In this document: one piece after another, positions 13,095-26,150 of the stretch | How positions within the stretch are numbered: position 1 is the first letter of the stretch | Layout: every line of letters starts with the position of its first letter | NCBI RefSeq assembly: GCF_018977255.1 | Contig: NW_024704742.1 | Span: 131,690,001-131,754,000 of the forward strand | Length of the DNA stretch: 64,000 nt | Source: Callorhinchus milii | Taxonomy: Eukaryota | Direction: 5' to 3' | The notes under the pieces: model-generated | The model's input: only the letters and a program-made list of their open reading frames with translations | Databases searched by the model: none | What the model was told of the DNA's origin: nothing | Position numbers and translations under genes: made by a program

Positions 13095-13370
13095 CACAAG
13101 ATCGCAGATTGGTTCAGATGAAAAACTCGCTGAACTCACTTCATCCCATTTGAACGATTCCTTCCAGAATAACCACCCTACCATCTTTACATTACAGCAC
13201 CGAGCTGTTTTTCAAAATGAGTTCAGCATCTTGGCCTCAATCACCCTTTTCGGCAGCCTGTTTCAGTTGGTAAACATTCTCAAAAGAAATAGTTCCTGGT
13301 ATCTGTCCTGAAATGGCACATTGAAACTCTGAACCTACATTCTCTTGTTCCACTGTCTGGGTGAATCCAA
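13095..13370 (-). mobile_element. CR1 3' fragment nested within another CR1 3' fragment (+, about 13030-13540)
   Basis: Minus strand has a RFHFRTDTRNYF..WNRLPKRVIEAK-type terminus; plus-strand flanks carry WNSLP.RTVE and AATGGGCTGAATGGCTTCTCCTG. Confidence 0.6.
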
Positions 13371-14137
13371 ACATAGAGACAGACGACAGACAGATAGCTA
13401 GCTAGTTAGTAGAGGTACCAAGGGATATGGCAATAGCACAGTTCATTGGGATTAAAAAATCTGCCAAAAATTTAATAGGCCAGTGGAACAGGCTCAATGG
13501 GCTGAATGGCTTCTCCTGTTTCTGTATTCCGACATTCTTAAAAATCGCTATCAGGGCTTAAAGCAAGAACACAACAGCGTGCCTTGATAACGTGTGAGCA
13601 TGGTGCTGATACAATACATAAGATCATCTCTTCTTTAAGATTCCTCTTGGTGGATTAAAAACAAATCTTTCACAACCACAGCTTTGCTGACCTTCCTTTT
13701 AATCTTTATCCCTCTTGATCCCAGTTTCCGCACCAGTGAGTTCAGACTCCAAATATGCTTTTAATTCTTTGCTACATTTTCCAGTACAAAAAAAAAGGGC
13801 CGCTTATCGTCTATAGGCGTGAGCAATCCATCAACAACAATCTGCCAGATTAGACTTGTACAACTTTAGAAAAACTTGTTCCAAACTTTTGCTTTGTGAC
13901 AGCCGTGTGGAGCATTGCTGTTGTTGTGTAGCTGCTAGAAAAAAATCTCTGCAGAAAGTGTGGTGAGACCTTTCAAATCATAGAATTTTACAGCATAGAA
14001 GGCCATTCAGCCATTAAGCTTACACTGGCTCTATCAAAGAGCTAATACACAGTCAAACCACTTCATAAAATATTCTGTGAAGCGCTTTGAAGCATCTCAA
14101 TGATGTGATAACATCAACTGGATGATATCAATGATTG

Positions 14138-14690
14138 TGGAGTCCTGTAGCTTAGTGGTGAGAACACTTGACTCACAAACGAGAGGATCTTGGTTCGATT
14201 CCCGGGAGGGCGAAATGTTGGGTAAGTTTCCTTACTCCATATTCCCCTATTTATCTAGTAGTAAGTAGAAACACGATAGTTAATAATCCTTGCATTTGAT
14301 ATAGCGCTTTTCATGTCGGGAGAACGTCCCAAAGCGCTTCACAGAACACACTGTAAAGTAAATTGACTGTATATATGTGGGCGAACGCGGCAGCCAATTG
14401 CGCACAGCAATGTCCCACAAACAGTCATAGATTGAAAATGACCCAATTTATTACTGTTTTTGGTTTTGGAGGGATTATTATTAGGCGTGTGGAGTAAGGA
14501 AACTTGCCCAAGGTTTCGCCCTGCCTGGAATTGAACTCAGGTCTCTCGCTTGCAAAGCGAATGCTCTAACCACTTTGCTTCAGGATTCCACAAAGTTAGT
14601 CTGTTGGTGGATTGCTTTTCTGGGGTTACTAATCCTTTCAAAACAAATAATAAGTTTGTCACTCAATCCACGATTGTTTGTGCGATTTAT
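14138..14690 (+). mobile_element. Ala-SINE long subfamily interrupted by a full short-subfamily copy (14281-14592, -)
   Basis: Host body breaks at AGTAGAAACACGATAGT and resumes GTTAGTCTGTTGGTGGATTG at about 14595. Confidence 0.85.
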
Positions 14691-14910
14691 AACCTAAAGT
14701 GATCTGCCATTCGACTAACAATCGGGTTCCTACTTACTGCTAGGTAAACAGAAGCGTGTGGAGTAAGGAAACTTGCCTAAGGTTTTGTTCTGCCCGGGAA
14801 ACAAACCCGGGTCCTCTTGCTTGCAAGGCGAGAGCTCTAACCATTATACCACAAGGCTCCATCTTCTGATTGAGAGGCGAGAGTTGCTATGAATTGAGTC
14901 AGGCTGACAC
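14690..14910 (-). mobile_element. Ala-SINE 5' half abutting a Deu-SINE head
   Basis: Ala-SINE head ends at about 14860 and is followed by a Deu-SINE head ending GGCTGACAC at 14910. Confidence 0.75.
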
Positions 14911-16199
14911 CTAAGTGCGGAGAGCAGCAGAAAATCTTCACAACCCCTTTAACATTCTTTGCTCAGTTATCCTTGTCATCCACCAGGCAATGTGGTTTGC
15001 TGCTGAAAGGGCAGGAGGTCATTTTCTTTATTTGGTTTTGTTTCTTTCTTTTTTGAGTAGACCTCCATATTTTCATTTGCTAGTTGGCTATTACCCGTTC
15101 TCTATTTGTTTTCCCTTCTGTTTTGATAGGGTTGGAGAAATGACTTCTGCTTCATTCTGTCTCGGCCCATAATTGTTACGGCATTATTCTTGCAGTCAAT
15201 GGGTTGTGGTTTCATGAGCCACGGCTCAGCAATTTTCACAGCATTAAACGCCCGCAACTGCAATGCTTGACCTTCCCCTGTCCTTGGCTGAAGGTGAAGC
15301 AGATGGCTCTTTGTGCAGGCTTCGGAAATAGGTAAAGTGATTCCTTAAAAATATTTTTAAATGAAGGAACTTTTTAAAAGTGAATCATTTTAAGCAGTTG
15401 GATAGATATAGAAAGCCTTTGGGAGTATGAGGTTGGGGGGAAGCGGTCAAAATTGTGATGATTATCACATCGACGAGAACATTGTAGTCAGAGGTTGTCA
15501 AATAGGCATCACTGACCGGGGGGGGGGAGGGGGCACTGTGAAAAGTGTGTATTTTACCCCCAAATAAGTAATAACCATTGATCGCTTTACACCATTTTTT
15601 CGCCAATGTGATAATTACCACCATTAATCTTTGTCTTTGTTTTAGCGAGTTATAAGAACCTAAGAATTTGCTAGGCAAAAGAAGACCAAGGTCCATCTAG
15701 TTTGCCTTCGACCATGCTGGCAGTCGCTTGACATGTTGTGTCCCAAAGTATACATTGTACCCAAGACGACTTATCATGTCGTCGAGACATCTCAAAGTGA
15801 TTAATAGGATTTTACTGTGAAGAGTAATAACTGCAAACACAGCAGCCACTTTGGACACATGAATAACAGCCATGAAGTACCACATGATGTATTAGGATAA
15901 GTGTGGCCTCATCAATTAAACAGATAACTTCTTTGTTTCTTCAATATGTCAGATTAAAGAGGCGTTAACTGGAGAAGACATTCACCACTGAATTGGTTGT
16001 CTGACTGTGAAATTCTCAGTCTGGTTTAGATACTCTTCTCTTCAGCATAGAGATGAGTTTCCTCATGTATCAGACACCCCAAACAAAATAAATGTTTATT
16101 CCTATGTAGATGAGAAAGGGTATTGTTAAAAAACAAATGTATATGTAAACATAATCATATATCCGACACACGTACAGCTGTATATTATAGAGCCTTACA

Positions 16200-16502
16200 T
16201 TGAGCACTCGCCTTGCAAGCGAGACACTTGGGTTCAATTCCAGGCAGGGCGAAACCCTGGGCAGGTTTCCTTACTCCACACGCCTAATAATAATTCCTCC
16301 AAAAAAACAAAACAATAATAAATTGGTCATTTTCAATCCACGACTGTTTGTGGGACACTGCTGTGTGCAATTGGCTGCCTCGTTTCGCACACAAATATAC
16401 GTTCAATTCACTTTACAGTCTGTTCTGTGAAGCGCTTTGAGACGTTGAGAAGACGTGAAAAGCGCTATATTAAATGCAAGGATTATTATTATTATTATTA
16501 TT
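16200..16502 (+). mobile_element. Ala-SINE short subfamily
   Basis: CACACGCCTAATAATAATTCCTCC junction lacks the ~65-nt central block; ATTTTCAATC diagnostic; (ATT)n tail. Confidence 0.9.
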
Positions 16503-16565
16503 GCTTTAGATGAAGCATAGAACGCAAAACAAGGTTAGTTTTCTAATCTTCCGCATTTACATTTT

Positions 16566-16850
16566 GTGTCAGCCAGGCTCAATTGGCAGCACTCTTGCCT
16601 CTGAGTCAGAAGATTGTGGGTTCAAGCCCCACATCGGGACTAGGAGTTCATATATTCTAAACTGACTCTGGGGCAGCTCTGGGATTGCGCTGCATTGTTG
16701 GATGGTGCTGTTCTTCGGATGAAATGTTGAACGAAGGGCCTGCCTTTTCAAGTGAAGGTTAAAGATACCGCAATATTATTCAAAAAAATGAAGGGAATTT
16801 CTTCCGATAAGCTAGCTGCCACATTTGCCCACACAATACACAGTCAATCG
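16566..16850 (+). mobile_element. Deu-domain SINE
   Basis: GTGTCAGCCAGGCTCAATTGGCAGCACTCTTGCCTCTGAGTCAGAAG head and Deu core. Confidence 0.8.
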
Positions 16851-17472
16851 ACTTAAATAAATTATAATAATAATCCTTGCATTTGATATAGCGATTTATC
16901 ACGTCATTGAGACGTGTCAAATGCGCCACAGACTACACTGTTAAGTGAATTAACTATATATTTTGTGGGCAAAATGATACACACACGATATACACTTTAC
17001 AGCATATCCTGTGAAATGTTCCGAGACATTTCAATGACATGATAAGGTGCTATACCAAATGCAAGGATTATTATTTTGTGCGAGTTAGCAGTGTTCACAG
17101 TCCTGTTATGTGTGAGTTAACAGTGTTGCACTATTTGAGTGGGTCAGAGGATAACTCCAGCCAAATTACAATGATGAATAACTTGAAAGGTCAATTATAG
17201 ATATAATTAGCATTCTAGCATCCAACTGAGGAGAGATTCTGTTGTCAGAAATGATACACAGTTCATCCAGGAACGTGAAGATAAAAGTGGCACCACTGAC
17301 CTTTTGTTTTCTAAGACGTTAACAGAGTTGTAGCCACGAAGCCTTATTATCATCAAGGGCAAGGGATTATTCCTCTCCCTCTGTTCAGTTCAACAATTTT
17401 CCCTATAAAAAGCAATGCTACACTGAGTGAATGGAGCGTGATAATTTGACAAATAGCTCAGAAACTAAGCAT

Positions 17473-18690
17473 GTGTCAGCTTGGCTCAGCTGCTCGTGCT
17501 CTCGCCTCTGAGGCTCAAGGTTATGGGTCTGGCCCCCGCATCGGAACTTTGATTCGTGGAACTTTGTGGAGCTGGAGCAACGTGGTTGCGGAGCCTGTGG
17601 CGTAGTGGTTAGAGCACTCGCCTTGCAAGTGAGAGGACTTCAAGCGAGCCAACACGGGCCACAATGGGCTGAATGACCTCCTTCTGTGCTATATAATTCT
17701 ATGATTCTATGACCTGGGTTTGATTCCCGGGAAGGACAAAACCTTAGACAAGTTTCCTTACTGTTTACTGTTTGCCCAGCAGTAAGTAAGAGTCTGGTTG
17801 TTAGTCGATTGGTGGATCACTTTCTGGGAGTAATAATTCCTTAATAAATAAACAAACAAACAAACAAACAAACAAACAAATAAACAAACAAACAAACAAA
17901 CAAACAAACAAATAAATAAATAATTTTGTCACTCAATCCATGATTGCTGTGCACAATTGGTTCTGCGTTTCACCCACAAAATATACAGTCAATCACAGTA
18001 TATTCTGTGAAGCACTTTGAGACATCTCGAAAGTGTGATAAGGCGCTATATCAAATGCAAGGATTATTATATTGTTGTTACCATTTGATTTTATATAGTC
18101 TAGGCTGACACTCCAAAGCAGTACTGATGTGGGAGGTGGGGGGAATACTGTATTGTTGGAGGTTCTGTCCTTTGAATGAAACCCAGGTCCCATCTGTCTG
18201 GGGAGGTTAGGATAAATGTTTCTCCCCACAGACTGGTTAGGGTATGGAATGCTCTCCTGGGAGCAGTGGATGAGGAAGAATTTACATTGGCCTTCAACAC
18301 CAAACAAAGTAAATATTTTTTAAAAAGTCAGCTACAGGGGTATGGGGAAAGAGCAGGTAAATGGGACTGAGAGGATTGCTTTTAAAAAAGACAGCAGAGA
18401 CACGCTGGACCAAATGGCTTGCTTCTGTGCTGTAAATGTCTATCGTTCTGTGGTTAGGTGGCACTATTTAAAAAAGTGAAGCTTGTATCTCCCAGTGTCC
18501 TGGCCAAGAATCCCTTTGGTAAAGTTAATTATTCACTTCATGGCAGGTTGTGAGACATTGCAGTTTGCAAATTGCTGGCAACATTAGCCTAAAAAATACT
18601 CACTCACTACACTTTATTGTAAATCCTTTGAAGCTCTTTGAGACGTCCTCCTATGCTGGAAAGTGCTATATCCAATGCAGGGATTATGAA
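17473..18690 (+). mobile_element. Deu-domain SINE hosting an Ala-SINE (17587-18080, itself containing a CR1 tail at 17640-17712) and a CR1 fragment (18211-18452)
   Basis: Host resumes TAGTCTAGGCTGACACTCC at about 18097 and GTGGCACTATTT at about 18458; the 17640-17712 CR1 piece ends in (ATTCTATG)n. Confidence 0.8.
17842..17922 (+). repeat. (AAAC)n/(AAAT)n microsatellite inside the SINE linker
   Basis: Seen directly. Confidence 0.95.
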
Positions 18691-18871
18691 AAAGAAAAAT
18701 ATAAAAGGTAAAGGACAAAGTACTGTGTTTGAATGGCTAATTCCAATGCAGAACTGTCCCAGATACGGTGGGCCAAAAAGAGTCAGCCACAAGGGTACGG
18801 GGAAAGGGGAGGTAAATGGGACCACATATAGTCTAGGTGTATAGGTGTATAGCTGTATAGGTGCTGTACAG

Positions 18872-19262
18872 TGGAGATCTGTAGCTTAGTGGTTAGAGCA
18901 CTCGCCTTGCAAGTGAGAGGACTTGGATTCGATTCCCAAGAAGGGCAAAACGTGGGCAAGTTTCCTTACTCCATACACCTCTGTTTACCTGGCAGTAAAT
19001 AGGAACCCGGCTGTTGGTCAATTGGTGGATCGCTTTTCCACTTTAAAATAAATAAATATAAATAAATAAACAAACAAACAAACAATTTGGTCACTCAATC
19101 CACTATCGTTCGTGGGATATTGCTGTGTGGAATTGGCTGCTGCGTTTTGCTCACAAAATATACATTCAATTCACTTTACAGTATATAATATAAAGTACTT
19201 TGAGATGTCTCAAAGACATGATAAGAAGCTATATCAAATGCAAGGATTATTAATATTACATT
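18872..19262 (+). mobile_element. Ala-SINE long subfamily, full length
   Basis: Head, body, AAAT/AAAC linker and tail all present. Confidence 0.9.
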
Positions 19263-19323
19263 ATAGGATATAAACCTTCAACTCGTGGACTTGGCAATGC
19301 TAATACCCTGGCAATCTCCGCAA

Positions 19324-19326
<3 letters not shown>

Positions 19327-19355
<29 letters not shown>
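19327..19355 (+). repeat. (CT)n microsatellite
   Basis: Seen directly. Confidence 0.95.
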
Positions 19356-19357
<2 letters not shown>

Positions 19358-19984
19358 GAGATTTTGAAAAATCTCCCATGGCCTTTTTGCTAGCAGTCAT
19401 CACAAGCAATTCGTTCCACTAACAGAAACTTACTTCAGAATGTAACTTCCAGCCCAATCCAGTGATGCCTCCTGCGGTTTCATCTTTCTCCTTTAATCAG
19501 GAAGCACTAACCCTTCCTTTAGCCGTCGAGAAGCATGCTATTGGTGATTGACCAACAAATAACAAGTGGAAGCAGAACAATTTTTCAATCTGCTGCCATT
19601 AAATGGTCAAGGTTACAAGTCACGATAAGGTTTCACGGAGGCCTGAAATTCCACCTGGTTTTAGCCTGGGAGATAGTTTGGCCTTGAAATTTAAAATCGC
19701 CACACAATTGTGAAAAATTCTTCAATTTGGTCTCAATATTGGAAGACTCTTCTTAGCACAAACGGCAAGACAGTGGGTTTCAAATGAAGATTGACTTTAA
19801 CAATTTTCTGCAATTTCTTCGTGACCTTAAATGTTAAGTTAAAATCGTCTCACTGGCAAAGACCAAGTGCGGGCTTGTGGCACATTGTAGGGAGTAACAG
19901 TGTCCTTTGGGGCAATAGAGGGTGTTACCATTACAATCAGTGCTCCAGGCCAAAGAAAGCGGAAAATAAAACAAGGTTCCCTTA

Positions 19985-20345
19985 ATGGGTCAATAATAAC
20001 AATAACAATAATAATATCCCTTATATTCAACATAATGTCTTCCCGCATCATCAACGCGTCTCTAAGAGCTTCACAAGATTTGCTATTAAATGCTATTTGT
20101 AGGTGAACATGGCAGCTAATTTTTGCACACAGCAATGTCTGACAAACAGAATGACTAACTCCCTTCTATTTTTCAAACAGTGCCATGTGATGTGTAGTAT
20201 CCAGCTGAACAGGCAAACGTTTGAATGTCTCTTCCAAAGACACACCTCTAACTGTACAGCACTAGATCAAAGTTCTAAAGTTGGGCTTGAATCCTGAACT
20301 TTCTGACTTGGAGACGAGAGTGTTGTCAACTGAGCCAGGCCGACA
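19985..20345 (-). mobile_element. Deu-domain SINE, internally deleted
   Basis: Head ends GAGCCAGGCCGACAC; tail at about 19990. Confidence 0.7.
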
Positions 20346-22994
20346 CCCAACGTGATCTCTGCTGGTAAAAAAAAGCCTGTGTGTGAATGTTTGGAAAAAA
20401 CAAGACTTGTTTTGCCGGTAACTACCTGTGAAGCACTTTGAGACAGTTCAACATAATAAAATGCTATAAAAATGCAAGTTCCTTCTCTCACAGATAATTG
20501 CTGTCAAGTTTGGAGATTGGTTTTCGAGGTAAACACTACAGTCATTTGCAGCAGCAAAGTCACACAAATATGAGGTGAACGAGCAACTCACGTGGAAGAT
20601 TGTTGACCACAATTCATCTGAAAAGACAGGTAGATAGAACTTTGGTTTAATCTGACTCAGCACTCTCTCAGTGTTACTCTAGGGCATCAGCCTGGACAAA
20701 AACCTAAGGATTTGGACGCACAGTCTTCTGACTAAAAAGTAAAAATGCTCCCAACAGAGCCAAGCTGACACTTACGTCCAGGGTACAATTAGCGAATAAT
20801 GGAAATGTACATCATTCTCTGCTGAAGTTTTAATTCTCCTTTTCAGAAATGGGTTACAATGGACTTGTATGCGTTGAAAAGCTGAACCATTGGAAAGACA
20901 ATGTACATTATTCTTTATGTGAGCAAATTACAGATATAACGCTATCTCTCAGTAACTGCTGTGGGATCATTAGCAAATTTAATTTTAATATGCAATTTGA
21001 TGCACAATTAATGGGTCTGCTTTAAAAGTTTGTGCAGAGAAAAAATCACTGTTAGTTTTAGTACAATCCGAGCATAGATGGAGTCTAGCATGGAGATTTC
21101 ATGGTGCAGGACTTGAAGATTATTTTTTATTTTATTTTTGGTCCTTAAGCTTCATTACGTGACTGGAGTAGGAACGATGGGAATTTTGCTGTATGAATGC
21201 AAATCCTCTATGAGGCCCCTTTACTGTATGTACTTGCTAATGCATTCCCACACAATGACTTTTGTGATTTAGAAGAATGCAATTAAAATTCCATGTGATA
21301 ATTAATCTTGGAGTGGTAAAAACTGGTTTTGCAGATTATGAATATAATGCCAAGTAGGCATGGATTTGAATATTCATAGCCTTTTTATTGTTTTAGAGCT
21401 TCTCAAGCATAGAGCACATCCACAAGAGAGGGGAGAAAAANTTAAAGGACCATTATTTCATCTTTATTGTATTGGTGTGTTCAATTAAATTTACAAAACT
21501 CCAAAGGATGTGTTTGACAGAACACTGAATTCCCTCGCATTCCCAGATGCCAAGAAAGCATTAAACATTGAGCTAAACTTATTCAGCACTTTGATTTCAC
21601 TGAGTTCGGGCACCAAAGTGTAAATATTCCAAAATATTCCTGAGGTATCTTGTATTTTGGGGGCGCAAGTTTAATAACAGCTAGAGATATTACTTTGTTT
21701 TATGGGCATTCTAGTCTCGTAAACTATCAGGGCAGTTTCTTTCGGCGCAGTGACTTAATTCCCTCCAGGATTTGAGTTGTTAAAAGGAACACAATTGTTT
21801 ATAAGCGGCAAATCATTGTGTGGTTAAGTAGAATATGCAATGATAAGAAATAGAATCCATAACCGCTTTTGAAAGGGAAAGGTCACCATCTCTGTGAAGT
21901 GCATTGAGATGTTACCCTACGTGAGTGGCACTGCATACGTGCAAGTTATTGTTGTTGGTATAGACAAGCATCTGAAAAGGAAAAATATATAATGGTTTAA
22001 GGAACAAAGGGAGAGAGTGGGTCCTAAACAAATAGCTCTTACAGAGAGAGAGTGCAGGCACAATGAGTTGAATGGTTTTATTCTGTGCTGAAAATTTCTA
22101 TGATTCTGCAAAGCCTTGTGTAAATGCATTGAGTGTTCAAAAAGTCCTATTCCTCTTATATATCACAATATAAATATAAGTTGTATTGTATTGTTCTCAT
22201 TATACCACTGTTACTTGCAGCACATTTTCACTGAGTTTCTCCTTATATGTATTTTATATATTATTTCACTTCTTCAGACTTTCCGCCCAAATAAGCTTCT
22301 CGTCTTACAACCTATCTTTTTAAGTGTGCTTTTGGTCAACACCTCCAATACCCCATGATTTTCCCCTACTTGAGTTCCCCCACTGCCCTTACAAAGTCCT
22401 TTTAGATGTGCATCCCCTTTTGATAGATGGTATCTAAGTATGAGTTGCTGTTGTCTCTAGCAGTCCCGCTCCTTAAAGCTTCCTTCCATTCATCTCATTT
22501 CTTTTATGAATGCCATTTTCCTTCATCTAAACTTTTTAAACGTTTCTTATAAAGCTCTTTCTAAGTGTATGTCATCATTCCATGCTGTTTCATCTTTAAA
22601 CTCCTTTGCGAATTTCCTTCAGTTCTGTTGGTCGTATGGCCCATTATTCTTTCAGTGAAACACTTCCAAGAGTCTTTCTCCCTTGTGTTTCACACATCCG
22701 CTTCACAGCTTTGAGGCTGGTTTCTTAGAACATCTCTTTGCCCTTTGTTACTAATTTCAGTGCCTCATAGTTATATATTTCAGCCCAAATTCTTTTTTCC
22801 TCTCTCTCAGAAGATCACGAGATTGGTTTAGTTGAAGAAACTCACAATTGATCTCATCCTTCCAGAATACCCCGCCTACTGATATCCAATTGTAACATCA
22901 AGCTGTTTCTTAAACTGTCAAGCGTCCTGGCCTCAAAACTTCCCTGTAACCCATTTCAGGCACTGAACAACACCAACAACAACTTGCATTTTTA

Positions 22995-23290
22995 TGGAGT
23001 CCTGTAGCTCAAGGTTTTGAGCACTCGCCTCGCGAGAGGACCTGGGTTCGATTCCCGGCAGAGTAAAATGTTGGACAAGTTTCCTTTCTCCTCACGCCTC
23101 TGTTTACCTAGTAGTAAGGAGGAACCCAGTTGTTAGTCGATTGGTGGATCTTTTTTGGGGGGTAACGTTGCAATGTTTTGCCCACAAAATATAGAGTCAA
23201 TTCACTTTACAGTGTATTCTGTGAAATGCTTTGAGACGTCTCGATGACATAATAAGGCGCTATATCAATGCAAAGATTATTATTATTATA
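22995..23290 (+). mobile_element. Ala-SINE long subfamily inserted into an L2-type tail remnant
   Basis: Left flank AACAACTTGCATTTTTA; right flank TAGCGCCCTTCACGCAGGGTAGTGTCCCAGAGCGCTT. Confidence 0.85.
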
Positions 23291-23639
23291 TAGCGCCCTT
23301 CACGCAGGGTAGTGTCCCAGAGCGCTTAAAGATATGCCAATTTGTGACAATCATAAAATTGCCCTTCGCAACTCTAAACCTGTGACTGCTTGTCCTGCTC
23401 TTTCGGTCCGTCTTAAAGTATTGATCCATCTTTACTTTCTCTATCTCATGAAGCATCTTGACTACAACTATAAGATCCTTTATGAACGTTCTCCTATAGA
23501 CACAAACATCCCAAGCTTATCTTGCCATTTCTTGTACTTATTGCTTCAACACTGGGGCTCAGCTGTATCGCTCTGCATTGACATCTCAGTGACCCTTTTA
23601 TATTATGGTAACCAGAACTGAGTATGATTATGTCCTGAC

Positions 23640-23810
23640 TTACAGATGCATTCAAGAGGAAACTGGACCTTCATATGATGAAGAGGAGAATAAACAGGTA
23701 TTGGAGGTAGTAAGCAATTGCTGGAGACTTGTGGAGTATAAACACTGGCATGGATTGGTTGGACCAATCACTTGTTTCTGTGCTGTACATTCTTTGTAAA
23801 TCTTTGTAAA
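23640..23810 (+). mobile_element. CR1 3' end remnant
   Basis: FK..LD..M-type terminus, then TTGGACCAATCACTTGTTTCTGTGCTGTACATTCTTTGTAA. Confidence 0.6.
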
Positions 23811-25159
23811 ACCTGAAGACTGTATAGCTTGATCATGGCTTCTGACATCTGGCAATGTAGCTTAGCATCTTGTATGCCTTCCTTATTGTTGCACATTGCT
23901 TTGACAGGGTCACAATGGGTTAACTAACACCACAGACACTCTTTGAGCTTTCAACTTGGCAAGAATCGCTTTCCGGGAGTAATAATCTCTTCAAAAAAAA
24001 AAAAAAATTTGGTCACTTAATCCACGACTCTGTGGGATACTGTTGTGTGTAATTAGCTGCTGCATTTTGCCCACAAAATATACAGTCAATTCACTTTACA
24101 GTATAGTCTGTGAAGTGCTTTGAGACGTCTAGAAGATGTGATAAGGCGCTATATCAAATTCAAGGATTATTATTATTATTCTAACTCTGGAATGCCAGAG
24201 CCTCCTAGTTTTACTTCCTACCAGCAGTACCTTACACTGATTCGCATTAAACTTCTTTGGAAAGTCACCAACCCAAAAGCATACCCTGTAAATCACTCAA
24301 TGAAAGATCTCAACCCATTCTTTCTGCTTCCCCTTTTCCCACTGATATTATTAGCGGCACAGACATGATGGGCCAAATAACCTTCTGTACTGAAAAATTA
24401 TGATGTTTTTCTTTCTCTCTATATTGGCCAGTTCCACAGACACTAGTTGGCTTGCATTACCCCACCCAAGTGACTATTGTTCATGTGTGAGCCTTGGAAA
24501 TGAGTGTCAGCGGGACAGAGTGGAGAAATAGAATACTTTGCTTAAAAACTTGGCCTAAAAAGTTACTTTGCCAATTACCCTGTCCCACGAGGTAATGACA
24601 TCAGCTCCATATGTTTTACCTAAATATCATCTAAATATGTCTTTCCAACAGACCCCCCGCTGAATTCTCAATACACAAGACTCCTTGAAAATAGCACTTA
24701 GAGTCCCTGAGTACATGTGAGCGTTAAAATATTCGCATAAATCAAATTTAGTATAGTTTTAAAGCTGTTATTGGATTCAAAACATTAAAAGAAAAATCAC
24801 ATTTTGGTTTTGCCTTAGTGAATAATTACTCATATTGCTACAGGGAACGTTATTTTATTACTGAAAAAAGCCCTCAATGCAGTAAGGGTGGAAATAAGTA
24901 AGAAACAGATCAGATGGTAAGCAATGCATATAATTCAAGCATACAAAACTCTACTTACCATCTGTCAATAGAAAAACAGCTTTATTTTATGCGTTTTATT
25001 TTATGAACTTCATTTTGAACATCAAAGTGACAAGATTTTTTTGTCAGTCTTTATGGGTCTGGATTTTCCCCCCCCCACCAACCCACCCTGGTCCTCCCTC
25101 CCAAACACAAACCATTAACACAATCTACTGTACATCATTTTCAAATAAATTAGGTGATG

Positions 25160-25515
25160 TTGCCTTGCAGATGTGGTATGATAGATTAAAGTACTGTTTC
25201 TCATTCCTGGAACCCGGGGTTGAATTCATCGCAGACTGATGGGATTAAAAGCTTTTCTCATTGACAGATGCTGAGGGTACGAAGTGAAATTGAGTTTGGG
25301 GCACTTTCAACCCATTCTCCCTGTGGGCATACGCCTTGGCACGGAGTTGCCTATAATTTGGCACTACAGTAATTGGGAAATCCCATTGAGCAAGGCCCTG
25401 ACAATCTTTGCTGGGAAAAATGCAAACGTTACATTTGTGAAATCAGATCAACGCTACAGGAGAGTTAGGCAATCTTTTGGGGCAGGTGAGAAGGATGTTC
25501 TCTGACCCTGGCTCT
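25160..25515 (+). mobile_element. LF-SINE-related ancient SINE
   Basis: CAGACTGATGGGAT..GTGAAATTGAGTTTGGGGCAC..CAACCCA..AATTTGGCACTAC..AATTGG resembles the recalled LF-SINE core GTGAAATGAGTTGGTGGTCTCAGTCCAG..AATTGGCACTAATTGG; single copy in the window. Confidence 0.55.
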
Positions 25516-25547
25516 TAATAAAAAACAGTTCTATTTTTGCTGTCCTG

Positions 25548-26150
25548 CGCCAGCCTGGCTCAGTTGTTGACACTCTCTCCTCTGAGTCAAAAGACTGTGC
25601 GTTCAAGCTCCATGCCTGGGACTTTGAGCTCACAGTTCGGGCTGACACTCCAGTGCGATGATGGGGGGAAACATTGAATTGTTCGAGGTGTCGTCCTTTG
25701 GAATATGATGTACACTGAGGCCCTATTTACCTCTCCTGAAGGACGTTAAAGATGCCATGTCACTATTCTAAAAGTCAACGGAATTTCTCCCAGTATCCTG
25801 AATAATAATCTCCTTTTTGGTGATTGGTACTTCACTTCATAGATGTTTGTGGGACATTGCTGTGTGCAAATTGGCTATTGTGTCCCTAGTAAATGGGCAT
25901 GACCATGTCCATTGGCTCTACCTTCGGCCACCCTCCTAACCCCACCCTCCCCGCCCTCCACCATCCCTGATCCCAACTCCAGCCCCACTCCACCCCTCGG
26001 GTCCTAATCCTTGACTGTTCAGCACCTTGGAACGTCCTCCCGATGTGAAAGGCGCTTTACAAATGTAATTTTCTGTTGTATTGTGTTTGTAATTCCTGTG
26101 AGGTGCTTTCAGTCATTTCAATTACATGGTAAACGGCTGTGGATTATTAT
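25548..26150 (+). mobile_element. Deu-domain SINE with an L2 tail inserted (25915-26085)
   Basis: Head, core and body to about 25890; C-rich L2 3' UTR and tail; SINE tail resumes at about 26090. Confidence 0.75.

Noticed and set aside
15130..15331. Plus-strand exon-like segment with a good acceptor and AG/GTAAAG donor
   Set aside because: Stops in all three frames; at most a non-coding exon, with no support.
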